Shown here: one piece after another, positions 49,138 through 58,916 of the stretch
Layout: every line of letters starts with the position of its first letter
How positions within the stretch are numbered: the stretch's first letter is position 1
Source of the DNA: an uncultured virus (IMG/VR IMGVR_UViG_2808606498_000012)
Taxonomy: Duplodnaviria; Heunggongvirae; Uroviricota; Caudoviricetes
Strand: one strand, 5' to 3'
Length of the DNA stretch: 64,000 nt
IMG/VR virus record: IMGVR_UViG_2808606498_000012
Translations under genes and position numbers: made by a program
The notes under the pieces: generated by a model
What the model was told of the DNA's origin: nothing
Database searches by the model: none
What the model saw: the letters and a program-made list of their open reading frames with translations, nothing else

Positions 49138-49860
49138 TCAGCTGCGGCCGTCGCCCTCCTTCGCGTCGGCCTTCGCTGTGTTCTTGATGTCGCGCTCGAT
49201 GCGCTCGATGTCTTTCTTCACGCCGCACTTGTCGTGCAGCTCCAGGGCGCGGCGCAGATGCGTTAGCGCGTCCATGCGCCGGGACACAGCCTCCGGACCG
49301 GTGGCCACCTCCGCCAGTGCGGCGCAGGCATAGCCCATCGCCTTGTGCAGCTTGGCGCGCACCTCGTCCGGCATGTCCTCGGCCGCGACCAGCTCGGCCA
49401 CCTCGCGCAGCGTGGTCACGTCCACCGGATCGCCGGCCTCGATGCCCTTCAGGGCCATGTTGGCGAACTCTTCGGCGATCAGGCAGGCCGTGGTGCGCTG
49501 GTACTGGTCGGGCATCTCCAACTGGTGCCGGATCGCGTAAGCGGCCAGCTCCAGGGCGTCGGCGAAGTTACCGACATCGATCAGCCATACCATCACCGTC
49601 ATAAAGACTTCGTCCTGCGCGCCGGTGTCGGCCTCCAGCACGCCACGGACCCAGGCCGCGTACTCGGGCAGCAGCTTGCGCTTGAGCTCCGCCTTGCGCT
49701 CGACGGACTGCACCTGCTTGAGCTGGCGCTTGTGCTCGGCCAGTTGCGCCAGCATCAGCTCCTGGCCGGTGGCATAGCGCAGCGGGTTGGAAGCCTGCGC
49801 GGCCTTGGCCGCCGAGGCGGCCGTCACGCGCAGGAAGTGGTTGCGGGCCGGGCTGGTCAT
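49138..49860 (-). CDS. P2 terminase small/endonuclease subunit M
   Basis: LKQVQSVERKAELKR..DMPDEVRAKLHK..GVKKDIERIER. Confidence 0.92.
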   Translation of the reverse strand: MTSPARNHFLRVTAASAAKAAQASNPLRYATGQELMLAQLAEHKRQLKQVQSVERKAELKRKLLPEYAAWVRGVLEADTGAQDEVFMTVMVWLIDVGNFADALELAAYAIRHQLEMPDQYQRTTACLIAEEFANMALKGIEAGDPVDVTTLREVAELVAAEDMPDEVRAKLHKAMGYACAALAEVATGPEAVSRRMDALTHLRRALELHDKCGVKKDIERIERDIKNTAKADAKEGDGRS

Positions 49861-50873
49861 GCTGCCGCCGCCAGTTCGATGTTCTCGGCCATGGCTGCGC
49901 ACGCCAGGTCTTCGATCACGTACGCGTCGTTGCTCGACTCGTAGTTCTCGATGCGATCGCGCTTCGCGTTGTCCAGGATCGTGCGACGGCGCGCGTTCTC
50001 CTGGTAGTAGATGGACAGGTTGTCCAGGCGCGTCACCAGCAGGCCATTCGCCGGGAAGTACGGCACGCGCACCGCCTGCAGGTTGCCGATGCGCTTCTGG
50101 CTGATGATGAGGTCGGCCGCGATCTGCTGGACCGGGTCGCGGTCTTTGTTCACCAGCGGGAAGTACTTGTCGGCCAGCAGGTTGCGACCACACAGCACGA
50201 CCAGCTCCGGATCCTCGGCGTACCACGGCTCGACCAGCTGGTTCACGACGTCGAACACCAGGGCGTCCAGGTTGCCGTAGTCCCCACCCGCGCCGACGAT
50301 GATCTTGCCGGCCGCTTTTTTGCCTTCCTCCATGACGCGCTGCGGCGCCTGTTCGCGCAGGTTCTGCAGCCAGCCTTTGTTCACGTCCTGGAGCATCGGG
50401 TTGACCACCCGATTGGACGTGGCGGCTCGGCTGACACCGTTGAAGCCGATCATGATGCGATCCAGCGCCTGGCGCTTGATGATGGCGTCGCGGATCCGGG
50501 TCTGGAAGTCGGGGAACTTGGCCCAGGCGTCCAGCCTCTGGTAGGTGATGTGCGTGTCGGAGTTGGTCTGCTCGCACCGGTAGCGGCGGCCGTCCAGCGT
50601 GGCAATGTCGGAGGTCTGCCGGTCCTGCTGGGTGGTGTCGGTGTTGCTTGCCACCGGGCCCGACACGCCCAGGCCGATCTTTTCGGCTTCCTGTTCGGGC
50701 ACGCCATAGAAGTTGATGCGGGTCAGGAAATCGCTCGACTCCTGAACCTTGGTCTCCAGCTTCTGCTGGACGCTCGGCGCGACGCTGAACTTCTCATCAA
50801 CGCGAGCCACGCCGTTGAGCTTGGCGATTGCGTCCTTGTAAGCCGTGAAGAGGCGGCGGGTTTCGTTGCGCAT
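49857..50873 (-). CDS. P2 major capsid protein N
   Basis: MRNETRRLF..LDAWAKFPDFQ..ALDRIMIGFNG..YESSNDAYVIED. Confidence 0.95.
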   Translation of the reverse strand: MRNETRRLFTAYKDAIAKLNGVARVDEKFSVAPSVQQKLETKVQESSDFLTRINFYGVPEQEAEKIGLGVSGPVASNTDTTQQDRQTSDIATLDGRRYRCEQTNSDTHITYQRLDAWAKFPDFQTRIRDAIIKRQALDRIMIGFNGVSRAATSNRVVNPMLQDVNKGWLQNLREQAPQRVMEEGKKAAGKIIVGAGGDYGNLDALVFDVVNQLVEPWYAEDPELVVLCGRNLLADKYFPLVNKDRDPVQQIAADLIISQKRIGNLQAVRVPYFPANGLLVTRLDNLSIYYQENARRRTILDNAKRDRIENYESSNDAYVIEDLACAAMAENIELAAAA

Positions 50874-50926
50874 TGTGTTGACTCCGGTGTGTGGTCTGGT
50901 TGGTGTGCTGCGGGCCGGTGGCCGGG

Positions 50927-51766
50927 TCAGCAATCGGTCGTGATGGACGCGCCGTCGCCACCCGTGGCCGGCGGGCGGGCGGCGTAGGTGTCGGTCTTCT
51001 CGAGCTGGGCCTTCAGCGCGTTGAACTGCTTGTCGCGTTCCGCGCCTTGGCTGCTCATGGCGGTCAGCTGGTCGGTGACGGCCTTGAGCGCCGTACTGAA
51101 CTGCTCGCCGGTTGCCTGCACCTGCTGTGCGACCGTCTGCACGGCTTCCTGCACGTCCGCAAAACGTGCGTCGTTGTTGCTGTCGGATCTGCGCTGCTTG
51201 GAGAACAGGCGCTTGATGCTGTCGGCAAAGCCCGTGGGCACACTCGTCGCCGTGTAGTTCGTCACTTCGGGCGAGAAGTCGAGCGGCACCTCCACGGCCT
51301 CGGTGAAGAGGTTGTCCGGGTGCTGCTTGCGCGCGGCGAGCGGGTTCGTTTTGGCCTTGGCGCTGAACTGCAGGACTTCGCACCCGAGGCTCGCCGGGTT
51401 GTCGGTCACGGCCAGGCCGACCAGATAGGCCTCGCCGGTATCCGCAAAGCTCGGCTGCAGCTCCATGGACGAAAAGATCTTCTGCCGGGCCTTGGTCATG
51501 GCGACCAGATCGTCCGTGGGGTCGATCTGCGCGAACAAACCGAGCTTGCCGTCCTGTTCCTCGGTCTTCAGCGCGGTCACGTCGCCGTAGGCCTTGAACG
51601 GGCCGGCCGGGTCGTAGCCGCGGATGTGCTCCAGGTTGACGCGCGCGGTGTAGACCTTGGGGTCGTAGTTGCTTGCCATCTCGATCAGCGTTTCGCGGTC
51701 GATCACGCGGCCGTCGCTCGTTGCGCCTTCGGTGGCGATGCGGAAGAACTTGGTGCCCTTGGCCAT
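50927..51766 (-). CDS. P2 capsid scaffold/protease O
   Basis: KFFRIATEGATSDGRVI..YLVGLAVTDNPASLG..RPPATGG..TDC. Confidence 0.95.
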   Translation of the reverse strand: MAKGTKFFRIATEGATSDGRVIDRETLIEMASNYDPKVYTARVNLEHIRGYDPAGPFKAYGDVTALKTEEQDGKLGLFAQIDPTDDLVAMTKARQKIFSSMELQPSFADTGEAYLVGLAVTDNPASLGCEVLQFSAKAKTNPLAARKQHPDNLFTEAVEVPLDFSPEVTNYTATSVPTGFADSIKRLFSKQRRSDSNNDARFADVQEAVQTVAQQVQATGEQFSTALKAVTDQLTAMSSQGAERDKQFNALKAQLEKTDTYAARPPATGGDGASITTDC

Positions 51767-51841
51767 GGTGTCCTCTGTGGTCAGTGGTTCGGTGTGGTGC
51801 TGCCATCTTCTGCGTGCGGCATCGCGCGGACAACGCATTGA

Positions 51842-51866
51842 TGTTGTGAGAACCCGCGCCACAACA
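51842..51866. promoter_or_regulatory. Late-promoter activator box between divergent O and P
   Basis: TGTTGT-N13-ACAACA. Confidence 0.75.
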
Positions 51867-51909
51867 GGCTGCGCGTGGCACGCGCGCGCGTGGCCGGTAG
51901 CGTTGCGGC

Positions 51910-53691
51910 ATGACTACGCTTCCGCCTCTCACCTCGCTCTCGATCGACCCCGAAAAGGACCCGCGCCGCATCGCGCGCACGCTGTACTGGCAGGGCTACC
52001 GCGTCGCGCGCATCGCCGAAATGCTGGGCGTCAAGCCTGTAACGGTGCACAGCTGGAAGCGCCGCGATGGGTGGGATGCGACGGATGCGGTGGAGCGCGT
52101 GGCGTCCAGCATCGAAGAGCGCATGGCGCAGCTCGTCGCCAAAGAAGTGAAGGAAGGCCGGGACTACAAGGAAATCGACCTGCTCGGCCGACAGATGGAG
52201 CGCATGGCGCGCGTGCGCCGGTACGAGGCCAGCGGCAACGAAACCGACCTGAACCCGAAGGTCGCGAACCGCAACAAGGGGCCGCGCAGCAAGCCCGAGC
52301 GCAACGCGATCAGCCCTGAGGAACAGACGCAGCTCCTGAAGGCCTTCCGCGACTCGATGTTCGATTACCAGCGCGTCTGGTATGAGGCTGGGCAGGTCGA
52401 GCGCATCCGCAACCTGCTCAAGAGCCGGCAGATCGGCGCGACGTGGTACTTCGCACGCGAGGCGTTCATCGACGCGCTGACCACTGGCCGCAACCAGATT
52501 TTTCTATCGGCCAGCAAGGCGCAGGCGCACGTCTTCAAGCAGTACATCGTCCAATTCGCGAAGGATGCGGCCGGCGTCGAGCTGAAGGGCGACCCGATGG
52601 TGTTGCCAAACGGGGCGACGCTGTACTTCCTCGGGACCAACGCCCGCACCGCGCAGAGCTACCACGGCAACCTGTACTTCGACGAGTACTTCTGGGTGCC
52701 GCGCTTCCAGGAACTGCGCAAGGTCGCCTCCGGCATGGCGATCCACAAGCACTGGCGGCAGACGTATTTCTCCACGCCGTCCAGCTTGTCGCATGAGGCC
52801 TATCCGTTCTGGTCCGGCGCGCTGTTCAACCGCGGCAAGGCCAAGGACAAACAGGTCAAAATCGACGTGAGCCATGCCGCGCTGCGCAACGGCATGCGCT
52901 GCGCGGACGGCCAGTGGCGCCAGATCGTGACGGTGGAGGATGCGCTGCGCGGCGGCTGCAACCTGTTCGACATCGACCAGTTGCGGCTGGAGTACAGCGA
53001 ACTCGATTTCGCCAACCTGCTGATGTGCTCGTTCATCGACGACAACGCGTCCGTGTTTCCGCTCTCGATGCTCATGCGCGGGATGGTGGACAGCTGGGAG
53101 GAATGGGAGGACTTCCGGCCGTTCGCGCCGCGGCCGTTCGGCGACCGGCCTGTGTGGGTCGGCTACGACCCCAACGGCGGCGGCGGCGACAGCGCTGCGC
53201 TGGTGGTGGTCGCCCCGCCGCTGGTGCCGGGCGGCAAGTTCCGCGTGCTAGAGCGGCACCAGTTCCGCGGCATCGACTACGAGGAACAGGCCGGCGCCAT
53301 CCGGCGCGTCACTGAGCGCTACAACGTCGCCTACGTGGGCATCGACCGGACCGGCATCGGCGATGCGGTGTTCCGCCTGGTGCAGAAGTTCCGCCCGGAC
53401 GCCGAGGGGTTCACCTATTCCGTAGACGTGAAAACCGCCCTGGTGCTCAAGGCGCACGACGTCATCAGCAAGGGCCGGCTGGAGTTTGACGCCGGCTGGA
53501 CGGACTTCGCCGCGTCGTTCATGTCCATCAAGAAAACCACCACCGCCGCCGGTGGCCGCGTCACCTATCAGGCCGGTCGTTCGGAGGACACCAGCCACGC
53601 CGACCTGGCGTGGGCCTGCATGCATGCGCTTTCGCACGAACCGCTCGAAGGCGTCACCACCACCAATACCAGCATCCTGGAGATTTCATGA
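51910..53691 (+). CDS. P2 terminase ATPase subunit P
   Basis: LKSRQIGATWYFAREA, YFDEYFW, HADLAWA. Confidence 0.96.
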   Translation: MTTLPPLTSLSIDPEKDPRRIARTLYWQGYRVARIAEMLGVKPVTVHSWKRRDGWDATDAVERVASSIEERMAQLVAKEVKEGRDYKEIDLLGRQMERMARVRRYEASGNETDLNPKVANRNKGPRSKPERNAISPEEQTQLLKAFRDSMFDYQRVWYEAGQVERIRNLLKSRQIGATWYFAREAFIDALTTGRNQIFLSASKAQAHVFKQYIVQFAKDAAGVELKGDPMVLPNGATLYFLGTNARTAQSYHGNLYFDEYFWVPRFQELRKVASGMAIHKHWRQTYFSTPSSLSHEAYPFWSGALFNRGKAKDKQVKIDVSHAALRNGMRCADGQWRQIVTVEDALRGGCNLFDIDQLRLEYSELDFANLLMCSFIDDNASVFPLSMLMRGMVDSWEEWEDFRPFAPRPFGDRPVWVGYDPNGGGGDSAALVVVAPPLVPGGKFRVLERHQFRGIDYEEQAGAIRRVTERYNVAYVGIDRTGIGDAVFRLVQKFRPDAEGFTYSVDVKTALVLKAHDVISKGRLEFDAGWTDFAASFMSIKKTTTAAGGRVTYQAGRSEDTSHADLAWACMHALSHEPLEGVTTTNTSILEIS

Positions 53692-54773
53692 GCCGCAACA
53701 AGACCCGCCGCGCTGCGCGCACGGCATCCGCCCACGTGCGCACCGCCAACACCGATGCGCCGACCGAGCGCCACACGGACCGGGCCGCGCAGGCCGAGGT
53801 GTTCTCTTTCGGCGATCCGGTCGAAGTGCTGGACCGGCGCGAGCTGCTGGATTACGTCGAGTGCATGCGTATGGGCCAGTGGTATGAACCGCCCATGCCG
53901 TGGGATGGCCTGGCGCGCTCGTTCCGCGCCGCCGCGCACCACAGCTCGGCCGTCTACGTGAAGCGCAATATCCTGGTCTCGACGTTCATTCCGCATCCGC
54001 TGCTGTCGCGCGCGACCTTCGAGCGCTTGGTGCTGGACTGGCAGGTGTTCGGCAATGCGTACCTGGAGCGCCGCGAAAACGTGTTGGGCGGGACAATCCG
54101 GCTCGATACGCCCCTGGCCAAGTACGTGCGGCGCGGGCTCGACCTGAACACCTATTTTTTCGTGCAGAACTGGCAGCAGCCGTACACCTTCGCCGCCGGC
54201 TCAGTGTTCCACCTCCAGGAACCGGACATCAATCAGGAGGTGTATGGCCTGCCGGAATACCTGTCCGCGTTGAACGCCACGTGGTTGAACGAATCGGCCA
54301 CGCTGTTCCGCCGCCGGTACTACAAAAACGGCTCCCACGCCGGTTTCATCCTGTACATGACCGACGCGGCGCAGAGGCAAGAGGATGTCGACACGCTGCG
54401 CGAGGCGATGAAGAGTGCCAAGGGGCCGGGCAATTTCCGCAACCTGTTCATGTACGCGCCTAACGGCAAGAAGGACGGGATCCAGCTGCTACCGGTGTCC
54501 GAGGTGGCCGCGAAGGACGAGTTCTGGAACGTCAAAAACGTCACGCGCGACGACCAACTCGCCGCGCACCGCGTGCCGCCGCAGCTCATGGGCATCATCC
54601 CGAACAACACCGGCGGATTCGGCGACGTGGAGAAGGCCGCCCTGGTGTTCGCGCGCAACGAGGTGAAGCCATTGCAGGACCGCCTGTTGGCGGTCAATGA
54701 CTGGATCGGGGAGGAGGTGGTGCGGTTCGCGCCATATGCGCTGGGTGCAGCCGGCCAAGCGGATGCGCCATAG
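53688..54773 (+). CDS. P2/PBSX-family portal protein Q
   Basis: FSFGDP..WYEPP..QEVYGLPEY..GPGNFRNLF..HRVPPQLMG. Confidence 0.96.
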   Translation: MSRNKTRRAARTASAHVRTANTDAPTERHTDRAAQAEVFSFGDPVEVLDRRELLDYVECMRMGQWYEPPMPWDGLARSFRAAAHHSSAVYVKRNILVSTFIPHPLLSRATFERLVLDWQVFGNAYLERRENVLGGTIRLDTPLAKYVRRGLDLNTYFFVQNWQQPYTFAAGSVFHLQEPDINQEVYGLPEYLSALNATWLNESATLFRRRYYKNGSHAGFILYMTDAAQRQEDVDTLREAMKSAKGPGNFRNLFMYAPNGKKDGIQLLPVSEVAAKDEFWNVKNVTRDDQLAAHRVPPQLMGIIPNNTGGFGDVEKAALVFARNEVKPLQDRLLAVNDWIGEEVVRFAPYALGAAGQADAP

Positions 54774-54839
54774 CCGGCCCGAGCTTCCCACCATGGTCGA
54801 TGGAGTCGCCCAGACGGCTGATTCAGCGCATATCGGGTT

Positions 54840-57080
54840 TCAGGAAGAGGCTGGTTGAGCGGCACCCGCTTGCGCAGCATGCGGCGCGGACGTGTCGCTC
54901 GCCAGCATCCACACGGTGGCCGTGTTCCAGACGGGCCGCTCACCCTTGACGCGCTGCCACAGCGACGGTTCGCCCGCTACCGCCACCTTGGGCATGATCT
55001 GGCCCTCGCGGATGAACTGTCGCCGCTCGCTGGCGATGGCGCCCGCTTCGTTGCACTGCCACCAACCCGTTTGCGGGCAGGTGTAGCCGGTGACAACCGG
55101 TTCGCTTGCTGAAGCGATGGACGGATCCCGCTGCGGGTAGGCCAGCGTGCAGTCCACCCCAGGGGGCGGTTCTCCCGGTTCGGGCTGGTGGCCCTCGTCG
55201 TTTTCCATGAAGTATGGGTCGCTGCATTTCCAGTCCGCCAGGGCTTTGAGGTAGGACCAGTAGGCAATATCGGTGTAGCTCTGGTTCAGGCCCAGCGCCA
55301 GGTCCCACGCCATCACACCGCGCACGACGAATTCGTTACTCGGCAGGGTGCTGTGATTGGTCAGGTTGTGCGCGGTGTTAATCAGGTCCTTTTGTGCCGC
55401 ATCGACCGTCTTGTAGACCGGGTAGCGCTTCCCATAGACGTCCACCTCCATACGCACCACTTCGTAGTTCGGGCCATAGACTTGGCCGTAGGCGTACACG
55501 TCGCGGGCGTCGCCGCCACTGATAGTAGGGCGCAGCTTGCCTCGGTACTCGTGAAAGTCCTTGAGGCGTCCATCCCATCCGCTTAAGACTGACCAAGCAT
55601 TCTCCCCCTTCGCATCCTTCGCCTGCTCCATGTGTTGCCGTAGTGCTGTGTCCGTCAGCCACGGCACGGTAGGCGCGTTGATGTAGACGGCCTCCTCGGC
55701 CTGTTCCAGGGGCGAATAGATGCCATAGACGCAAACGACTTTTTCTGAAGGTGGAACCCAGAACTCCGTGCGCTCCGTGCCGATCTCCTTGCCGTCGTCG
55801 TCCTTGGTGATGGCGAAGCTCTTAGGGCACGCGGCGTAGTGGTACTCGCCCTTGCCGGCCTCAATGTTCTCGGCAAACATGCGCACGCACAAGTTGGAGG
55901 CGCCCACGCGCCCCTGCTCGACCTGCGTCAGCGCTCGCCAGCCGATCGAGCGCAGCACGCTCGCCCCCATCACGCGATCGTGCGGATTGGCGTAGACATA
56001 GAACTTACCGAACTCTTCGCGGTCCAGCAGCGACGCGCGCGCGGGGGTGCAAAGACACTGTGCCTGCTGGTTGGCTTCGGTGAAGGCGTCGGCATGCTCA
56101 CCGGCCTCCTTGACCACATCGGCCACGGCCTTGAGGGTGGCGAAGCGCGCCGCCTGGGTGACAACGTAGTCATTGCCGAATTGCAAGCACTCCATCAGGC
56201 CGCCGGGTTCATTCAGGCTGAAGGGGCTGTTGCACACGAACAGCGCCTCCGGGCCGCGCACGCCCTGCTCCTTGAGCATGAGGGTAGCAAGCATCGACAC
56301 CATCGTGCCTTGGCTGTGGCTGACAATGTTGATGGTCTCGTGCGGGCTGTTGCGGCGAACGGTGGCTATGAGGTTGGCCAGCCGGCGCGCGGCATGCACG
56401 TAGTACGTGCGCGGCGGGCACTCGGTCAGGTAGCGGTCGGTGATGGGGTTCATGCGCTGGAAGGCGAGCGTGAAGCCCTTGTCCTTGCGGAACATGTGCC
56501 ACAGCCCCGAGGTGCCGTTCTGAAAGGGGCCGCCACCCCAGGCGTCGTCCTCATCCAGCGCCACCGGGTAGGCGCGCAACTCGGGGTGGTGGGTGTCGCG
56601 ATAGTCATGCGCGCTTGGTCGGCCGCAGTCGCCTTTGCGAGACTTGAAGCCCCAATAGAAACGGATCACCGGAGAGGTGGCGGCCAAGTAGTCGCTGTTG
56701 GCGGCAGTCTGCACACCCTCGAAGTGGGGGCGAGTGCGCCTGAGAGGGTGCTCAAGGTCGTAGATGTAATTGGGGTCATCCCTCTTGACCGATGTTCTCA
56801 ATTCGACGGCTGTCCCCCATCGCCCCAGCCGGTCATTGAGGCCCGCGCAGAGATGCTGTTCGGCGTCGTTGTACCACTCGCCCTCGCTGTTGACGCCATG
56901 CACGAAGATGACAAGGCACGGCAGCGGGTTGCGTTGGCGGGCCACGGGCTTGCCTTCATGCTCGGGGCCGTCAATCGCGATGCCAAGTTCGAGTGTGAGC
57001 GGGGTGGACTCGTACTTGAGCGGCACCTCCGTGAGCGTATCGACCTTGGGGGCAAAGGACTGGAACTTGGTGGCTCTCAC
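54840..57080 (-). CDS. Tle3-like (DUF3274-type) alpha/beta-hydrolase T6SS effector, 746 aa
   Basis: VIFVHGVNSEGEWY, SPVIRFYWG, WGGGPFQNG, nucleophile SHSQG, NPHDRV, NHSTL. Confidence 0.82.
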   Translation of the reverse strand: MRATKFQSFAPKVDTLTEVPLKYESTPLTLELGIAIDGPEHEGKPVARQRNPLPCLVIFVHGVNSEGEWYNDAEQHLCAGLNDRLGRWGTAVELRTSVKRDDPNYIYDLEHPLRRTRPHFEGVQTAANSDYLAATSPVIRFYWGFKSRKGDCGRPSAHDYRDTHHPELRAYPVALDEDDAWGGGPFQNGTSGLWHMFRKDKGFTLAFQRMNPITDRYLTECPPRTYYVHAARRLANLIATVRRNSPHETINIVSHSQGTMVSMLATLMLKEQGVRGPEALFVCNSPFSLNEPGGLMECLQFGNDYVVTQAARFATLKAVADVVKEAGEHADAFTEANQQAQCLCTPARASLLDREEFGKFYVYANPHDRVMGASVLRSIGWRALTQVEQGRVGASNLCVRMFAENIEAGKGEYHYAACPKSFAITKDDDGKEIGTERTEFWVPPSEKVVCVYGIYSPLEQAEEAVYINAPTVPWLTDTALRQHMEQAKDAKGENAWSVLSGWDGRLKDFHEYRGKLRPTISGGDARDVYAYGQVYGPNYEVVRMEVDVYGKRYPVYKTVDAAQKDLINTAHNLTNHSTLPSNEFVVRGVMAWDLALGLNQSYTDIAYWSYLKALADWKCSDPYFMENDEGHQPEPGEPPPGVDCTLAYPQRDPSIASASEPVVTGYTCPQTGWWQCNEAGAIASERRQFIREGQIMPKVAVAGEPSLWQRVKGERPVWNTATVWMLASDTSAPHAAQAGAAQPASS

Positions 57081-57085
57081 GGGTT

Positions 57086-57847
57086 CTAGCTCGCGTTGAC
57101 GGTGGACGGGCTCTGCTGCTGTTGCTTCTGCAACTGGCGCTCGCGGTTGATTGAGGGGCGCCAAGGGAGGTCCCGTCTGCACGTGAAATACTGAGCCGGG
57201 TCTTCATATCGGCTGTTGACCACCTGTTCGCGGGCGAGCTTGCGGATGCGATCACCTTCGGATTCGCCGGACGACTCCTCTCGATATCTGAGCATGATTT
57301 CTTGCTTGGAGGGATCTATGACGAACCATCTTGCTCCCTCCCATTCGCTAAATGCACCACGTGGCCCTCTCTCGCCTCCGCCTCCGGCATAGATGTTGTT
57401 TCCGACGACAACAACGTCGCTGCTGCCACTGACCTGTGGTCGAAGCGATTTGAACGTTCGTCCCTGGTCAAAGGAAACATAGACAGCCAGGTCATTCCGG
57501 GCTACCACATAGGGCGAGTTGACCACCTTAAATAGTCCCTTGGGATTGCCCTTCTTGTTTCCATCAATCTGCGTTCGTACGCCCAACTGCTCGTCCACAT
57601 AGAACAAATTGTCTTGGCACGGTAGATTAAAGCCAGGTTCGGGGTCGTTCTCGATGTAGCGGTGATCATCGAAGCGGTACACCACCTGTTTAGGTGGACG
57701 CGCGATGTTGTTCAGCGTCTTCTCACTGATCGTGTCGCCGAAGCCGACCGATGCGGCGGCCCGGTCGGCGGGCGAAAGGCCACAGGCAGCCAGCAACAGC
57801 AATGCTGCAGTTGCGCCGACCAACATGGCAATGCGGGGGTTTTGCAT
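57086..57847 (-). CDS. Tli3-like immunity lipoprotein (upstream in-frame start at 57931 adds an effector-like stub)
   Basis: Lipobox LLAAC; QVVYRFDDHRY..C..FYVD..GVRT. Confidence 0.78.
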   Translation of the reverse strand: MQNPRIAMLVGATAALLLLAACGLSPADRAAASVGFGDTISEKTLNNIARPPKQVVYRFDDHRYIENDPEPGFNLPCQDNLFYVDEQLGVRTQIDGNKKGNPKGLFKVVNSPYVVARNDLAVYVSFDQGRTFKSLRPQVSGSSDVVVVGNNIYAGGGGERGPRGAFSEWEGARWFVIDPSKQEIMLRYREESSGESEGDRIRKLAREQVVNSRYEDPAQYFTCRRDLPWRPSINRERQLQKQQQQSPSTVNAS

Positions 57848-57927
57848 GACGGGAAAATGGCCTCGTTTCAGCGTCACTTCCGTGAGGGATTCGACCTTGA
57901 GCACAAACTGCTTGAACCTGGACGCTC

Positions 57928-58299
57928 TCATGGGTTCGCGTTGACGGTGGATGGGCTTTGCTGTTGCTGCTTCTGCAATTGGCTCTCACGATTGATCGAG
58001 GGGCGCCAAGGGAGGTCCCTTCTACACGTGAAATACTGAGTCGAGTCTTGATCAGTGCTACGGACATTCACGTACTCACGAGCGGCTTTTTTTAGCTCCG
58101 CATAGCGCGGATCTGGCTTTGGCACAGGCCAGCCTGCGGCTTCCATTCGATGAATCTGATACGGATCATCAAGCGGTTTTTGCGCGGTGTACTGAAGCTC
58201 GATCTTTTGCTCGTCTGGCTTGATGATTCGAAGTCTGATGTGGCCGCTAGGGAAACGCTGATCAATGGGGTCCGTGAATGGAATCGCGAGCCATCCTGT
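57928..58299 (-). CDS. 3' part of a second, divergent immunity paralogue
   Basis: Same C-terminus QYFTCRRDLPWRPSINRE.QLQKQQQQSPSTVNA; in-frame stop within 7 nt of the contig edge. Confidence 0.65.
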   Translation of the reverse strand, partial: TGWLAIPFTDPIDQRFPSGHIRLRIIKPDEQKIELQYTAQKPLDDPYQIHRMEAAGWPVPKPDPRYAELKKAAREYVNVRSTDQDSTQYFTCRRDLPWRPSINRESQLQKQQQQSPSTVNANP

Positions 58300-58406
58300 T
58301 CAAGGTNNNNNNNNNNNNNNNNNNNNNNNNNNNNNNNNNNNNNNNNNNNNNNNNNNNNNNNNNNNNNNNNNNNNNNNNNNNNNNNNNNNNNNNNNNNNNN
58401 NNNNNN

Positions 58407-58697
58407 GGCCACCAGCGCGCCCACGGCCTCGCTGACTTCGGTGTTGGCGGGCAGCGCCCGGGCGATCAGCGACGCGGCGAGCGGCGCCGACAGGACGCCC
58501 GCCACGATCGACAGCACGAGGAAGGACAGCTTCTTTGCGATGCTCAGGTCGCTTCCGGCATTGAGCGCGAAGACGGCCGCGCCGGCGAAGGCGCCAAGCA
58601 CGGTGCCCGCATCCACGCCGGGCAGCAGCGAGATTGCGCCCACGCTGGTGACGGCAACAGCGGTGGCGGACGTACTGGTTGCGATGGGTTCAGCCAT
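58407..58697 (-). CDS. Putative holin, 5' part (other copy)
   Basis: Paralogue of the 48339 start. Confidence 0.78.
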
Positions 58698-58712
58698 AGG
58701 GGTTCCTTGGGG

Positions 58713-58916
58713 TCAGTCCCACAGCTGCACCGTTTGCACGGCAGGCTGCGGGGAGATGTCGGGCAGTACCAGCGCGGCCCCGTGCGGCAGGATGGGCCCG
58801 AGATCGGCAATGCCGGGATTGGCGGCCAGCACGGTCTCTGTCACGCCCGCCGTGCGGCCGTACACCCGCTGGCAGATGGCGTCGATGGTGTCGCCCTGGG
58901 TCGCACGCACACGCAT
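58713..58916 (-). CDS. P2 tail protein X (other copy)
   Basis: MRVRATQGDTIDAIC..VQLWD. Confidence 0.93.
   Translation of the reverse strand: MRVRATQGDTIDAICQRVYGRTAGVTETVLAANPGIADLGPILPHGAALVLPDISPQPAVQTVQLWD

Noticed and set aside
54774..54839. Possible attR or cos after the portal gene
   Set aside because: No match by eye to the tRNA-Ser 3' end, the mutS core or a P2-type cos
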